A stretch of DNA of 55,438 bases from a virus (taxonomy: Duplodnaviria > Caudoviricetes), in IMG/VR virus record IMGVR_UViG_3300025658_000218, positions 1 to 55,438 of that record. One strand, given 5' to 3'. Shown piece after piece: positions 54,451 to 55,438 of the stretch (position 1 is the stretch's first letter; every line of letters starts with the position of its first letter). Both the position numbers and the translations under genes were made by a program. Under the pieces are notes generated by a model that was not told where the DNA came from, searched no databases, and saw nothing but the letters and a program-made list of their open reading frames with translations.

Positions 54451-55373
54451 TCCTGGTTAATAAATTGTTGATTAGCAGTACGAGCAGGATTCTGGTACAC
54501 TGTCTTAAAGAACTTACTTTGTTGTGCGTTTAACGGACTTTCTGCAATCGGTATTTCAAGTTCTTTAATAAGCTTAATACCATATTCTTCAATAGAGTCT
54601 TCTAGTCCGTCCATTGATACTTTAGGTTCAATTTCTTTCCAAAGATTATTAAGATATTCAAAGTCACGTACATTGATAAAATTCCAGTCTGTACACATAG
54701 TTTTGTACAGTCCTTCTCTAGCACCGTAAATAGCCCATTTTCCGTTTTCTACATCTGCACCTACCATTAACCAAATATATAATCGATGCAAATTTTTCCA
54801 GTGACTCTTAAGTAACTGTTCTTTTGTTACCCCAATGCCTTGATCTAATGTCATCTTTACACCTTCTCTAAATCCAGCACGCCATGCTTGATGCGGAGTA
54901 GCGTTATTCATTATTTCGCTGTAGGTTCCGTTCATTTGTATATATTTAATATCCCAACAAAAATCAACCTGTGCATGGGCGTTATTTGGATCTGCATTTT
55001 CATGTGTACGCATGTTAAGAACATAGTTTTTTGGCCAGCATTTAATTCCACCGTTGCCGTATGTTAATCCATTAATTGTATTTTTAGCAGTCCAACTAAT
55101 TACACTAGTGGACAAGTTAGCATGTTCTTCAAAATCTATTTCTTGATTAAGAAATCGTTCATCTATAATATTATCACCATCGATTGTAATAAACCGATCA
55201 GTTTCGCTTAGTTCTGCACATGCCTTGTGTGCCGCATCTGATCCTTCAACTCCATGTACACGTTTAGCCCATGGCACTTTATTACACAAATCTGCATAGT
55301 TTTTTTCAGCATTTGGTTCATCATATGACAAATATATAATATCATAATCTGTTACTCTAAACTTTTTGTTCAT
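54444..55373 (-). CDS. GT-A-like glycosyltransferase
   Basis: YDIIYLSYDEPNAE, HGVEGSDAAH, IDGD, YGNGGIK, AWRAGFREGVKM. Confidence 0.65.
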   Translation of the reverse strand: MNKKFRVTDYDIIYLSYDEPNAEKNYADLCNKVPWAKRVHGVEGSDAAHKACAELSETDRFITIDGDNIIDERFLNQEIDFEEHANLSTSVISWTAKNTINGLTYGNGGIKCWPKNYVLNMRTHENADPNNAHAQVDFCWDIKYIQMNGTYSEIMNNATPHQAWRAGFREGVKMTLDQGIGVTKEQLLKSHWKNLHRLYIWLMVGADVENGKWAIYGAREGLYKTMCTDWNFINVRDFEYLNNLWKEIEPKVSMDGLEDSIEEYGIKLIKELEIPIAESPLNAQQSKFFKTVYQNPARTANQQFINQEC

Positions 55374-55438
55374 TTAATTACCCTATAGACATAAGTGTCA
55401 AAGAACTTATTTGTATATATACTTACTTGCTTATCGGT
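55370..55438 (-). CDS. 3' end of an upstream gene cut by the window edge
   Basis: Open frame TDKQVSIYTNKFFDTYVYRVIK-stop overlapping the ATG at 55373 (ATGA). Confidence 0.45.
   Translation of the reverse strand, partial: TDKQVSIYTNKFFDTYVYRVIK

Noticed and set aside
1-55438. tRNA/rRNA genes, integrase or transposase, alternative genetic code
   Set aside because: Intergenic gaps are very short and I saw no cloverleaf or mobile-element motifs. Genes are intact under the standard code and use all three stops. A tRNAscan run would be needed to fully exclude tRNAs.
25536-55438. RiPP cluster (radical SAM/SPASM plus precursor peptide)
   Set aside because: No convincing short precursor, RRE/PqqD domain, peptidase or exporter is seen. 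The 73 aa ORF at 46282 looks globular, and the glycan-type neighbours argue otherwise.

Overview
This is an AT-rich, gene-dense fragment of a large tailed dsDNA phage with a T4-related replication core. It is probably aquatic or marine with a proteobacterial host; both points are inference. It has two opposed halves that meet head-to-head at about 25.54 kb. The + strand (1-25544) carries a family B DNA polymerase, a nucleotide-sugar block (cytidylyltransferase, eukaryote-type phosphomannomutase-like HAD, UDP-sugar dehydrogenase, epimerase) and a probable sliding clamp translationally coupled to a TGT/DpdA-family transglycosylase. These are followed by a QueD-like T-fold protein with an LxxxHRHxF motif, a GT-B glycosyltransferase resembling GTDC1/QTMAN, a purine phosphoribosyltransferase, heme oxygenase with an unannotated CDGSH-like mini-protein, folE-hemJ-queE, a 5'-3' exonuclease, a MoxR-like AAA ATPase with a vWA/peptidase partner, and a fibre-like virion protein. 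The - strand (25536-55438) is a roughly 30 kb island of tailoring enzymes: nine radical SAM proteins, Fe/2OG oxygenases, two desaturases, methyltransferases, a QueC-like ATPase, three SGNH proteins, four glycosyltransferase-like proteins, a CMP-sugar synthetase and a nucleotidyltransferase-kinase fusion. The best candidate for an undescribed system is a replication-coupled, sugar-hypermodified 7-deazaguanine DNA modification pathway. All functional calls come from motifs read by eye; no searches were run.
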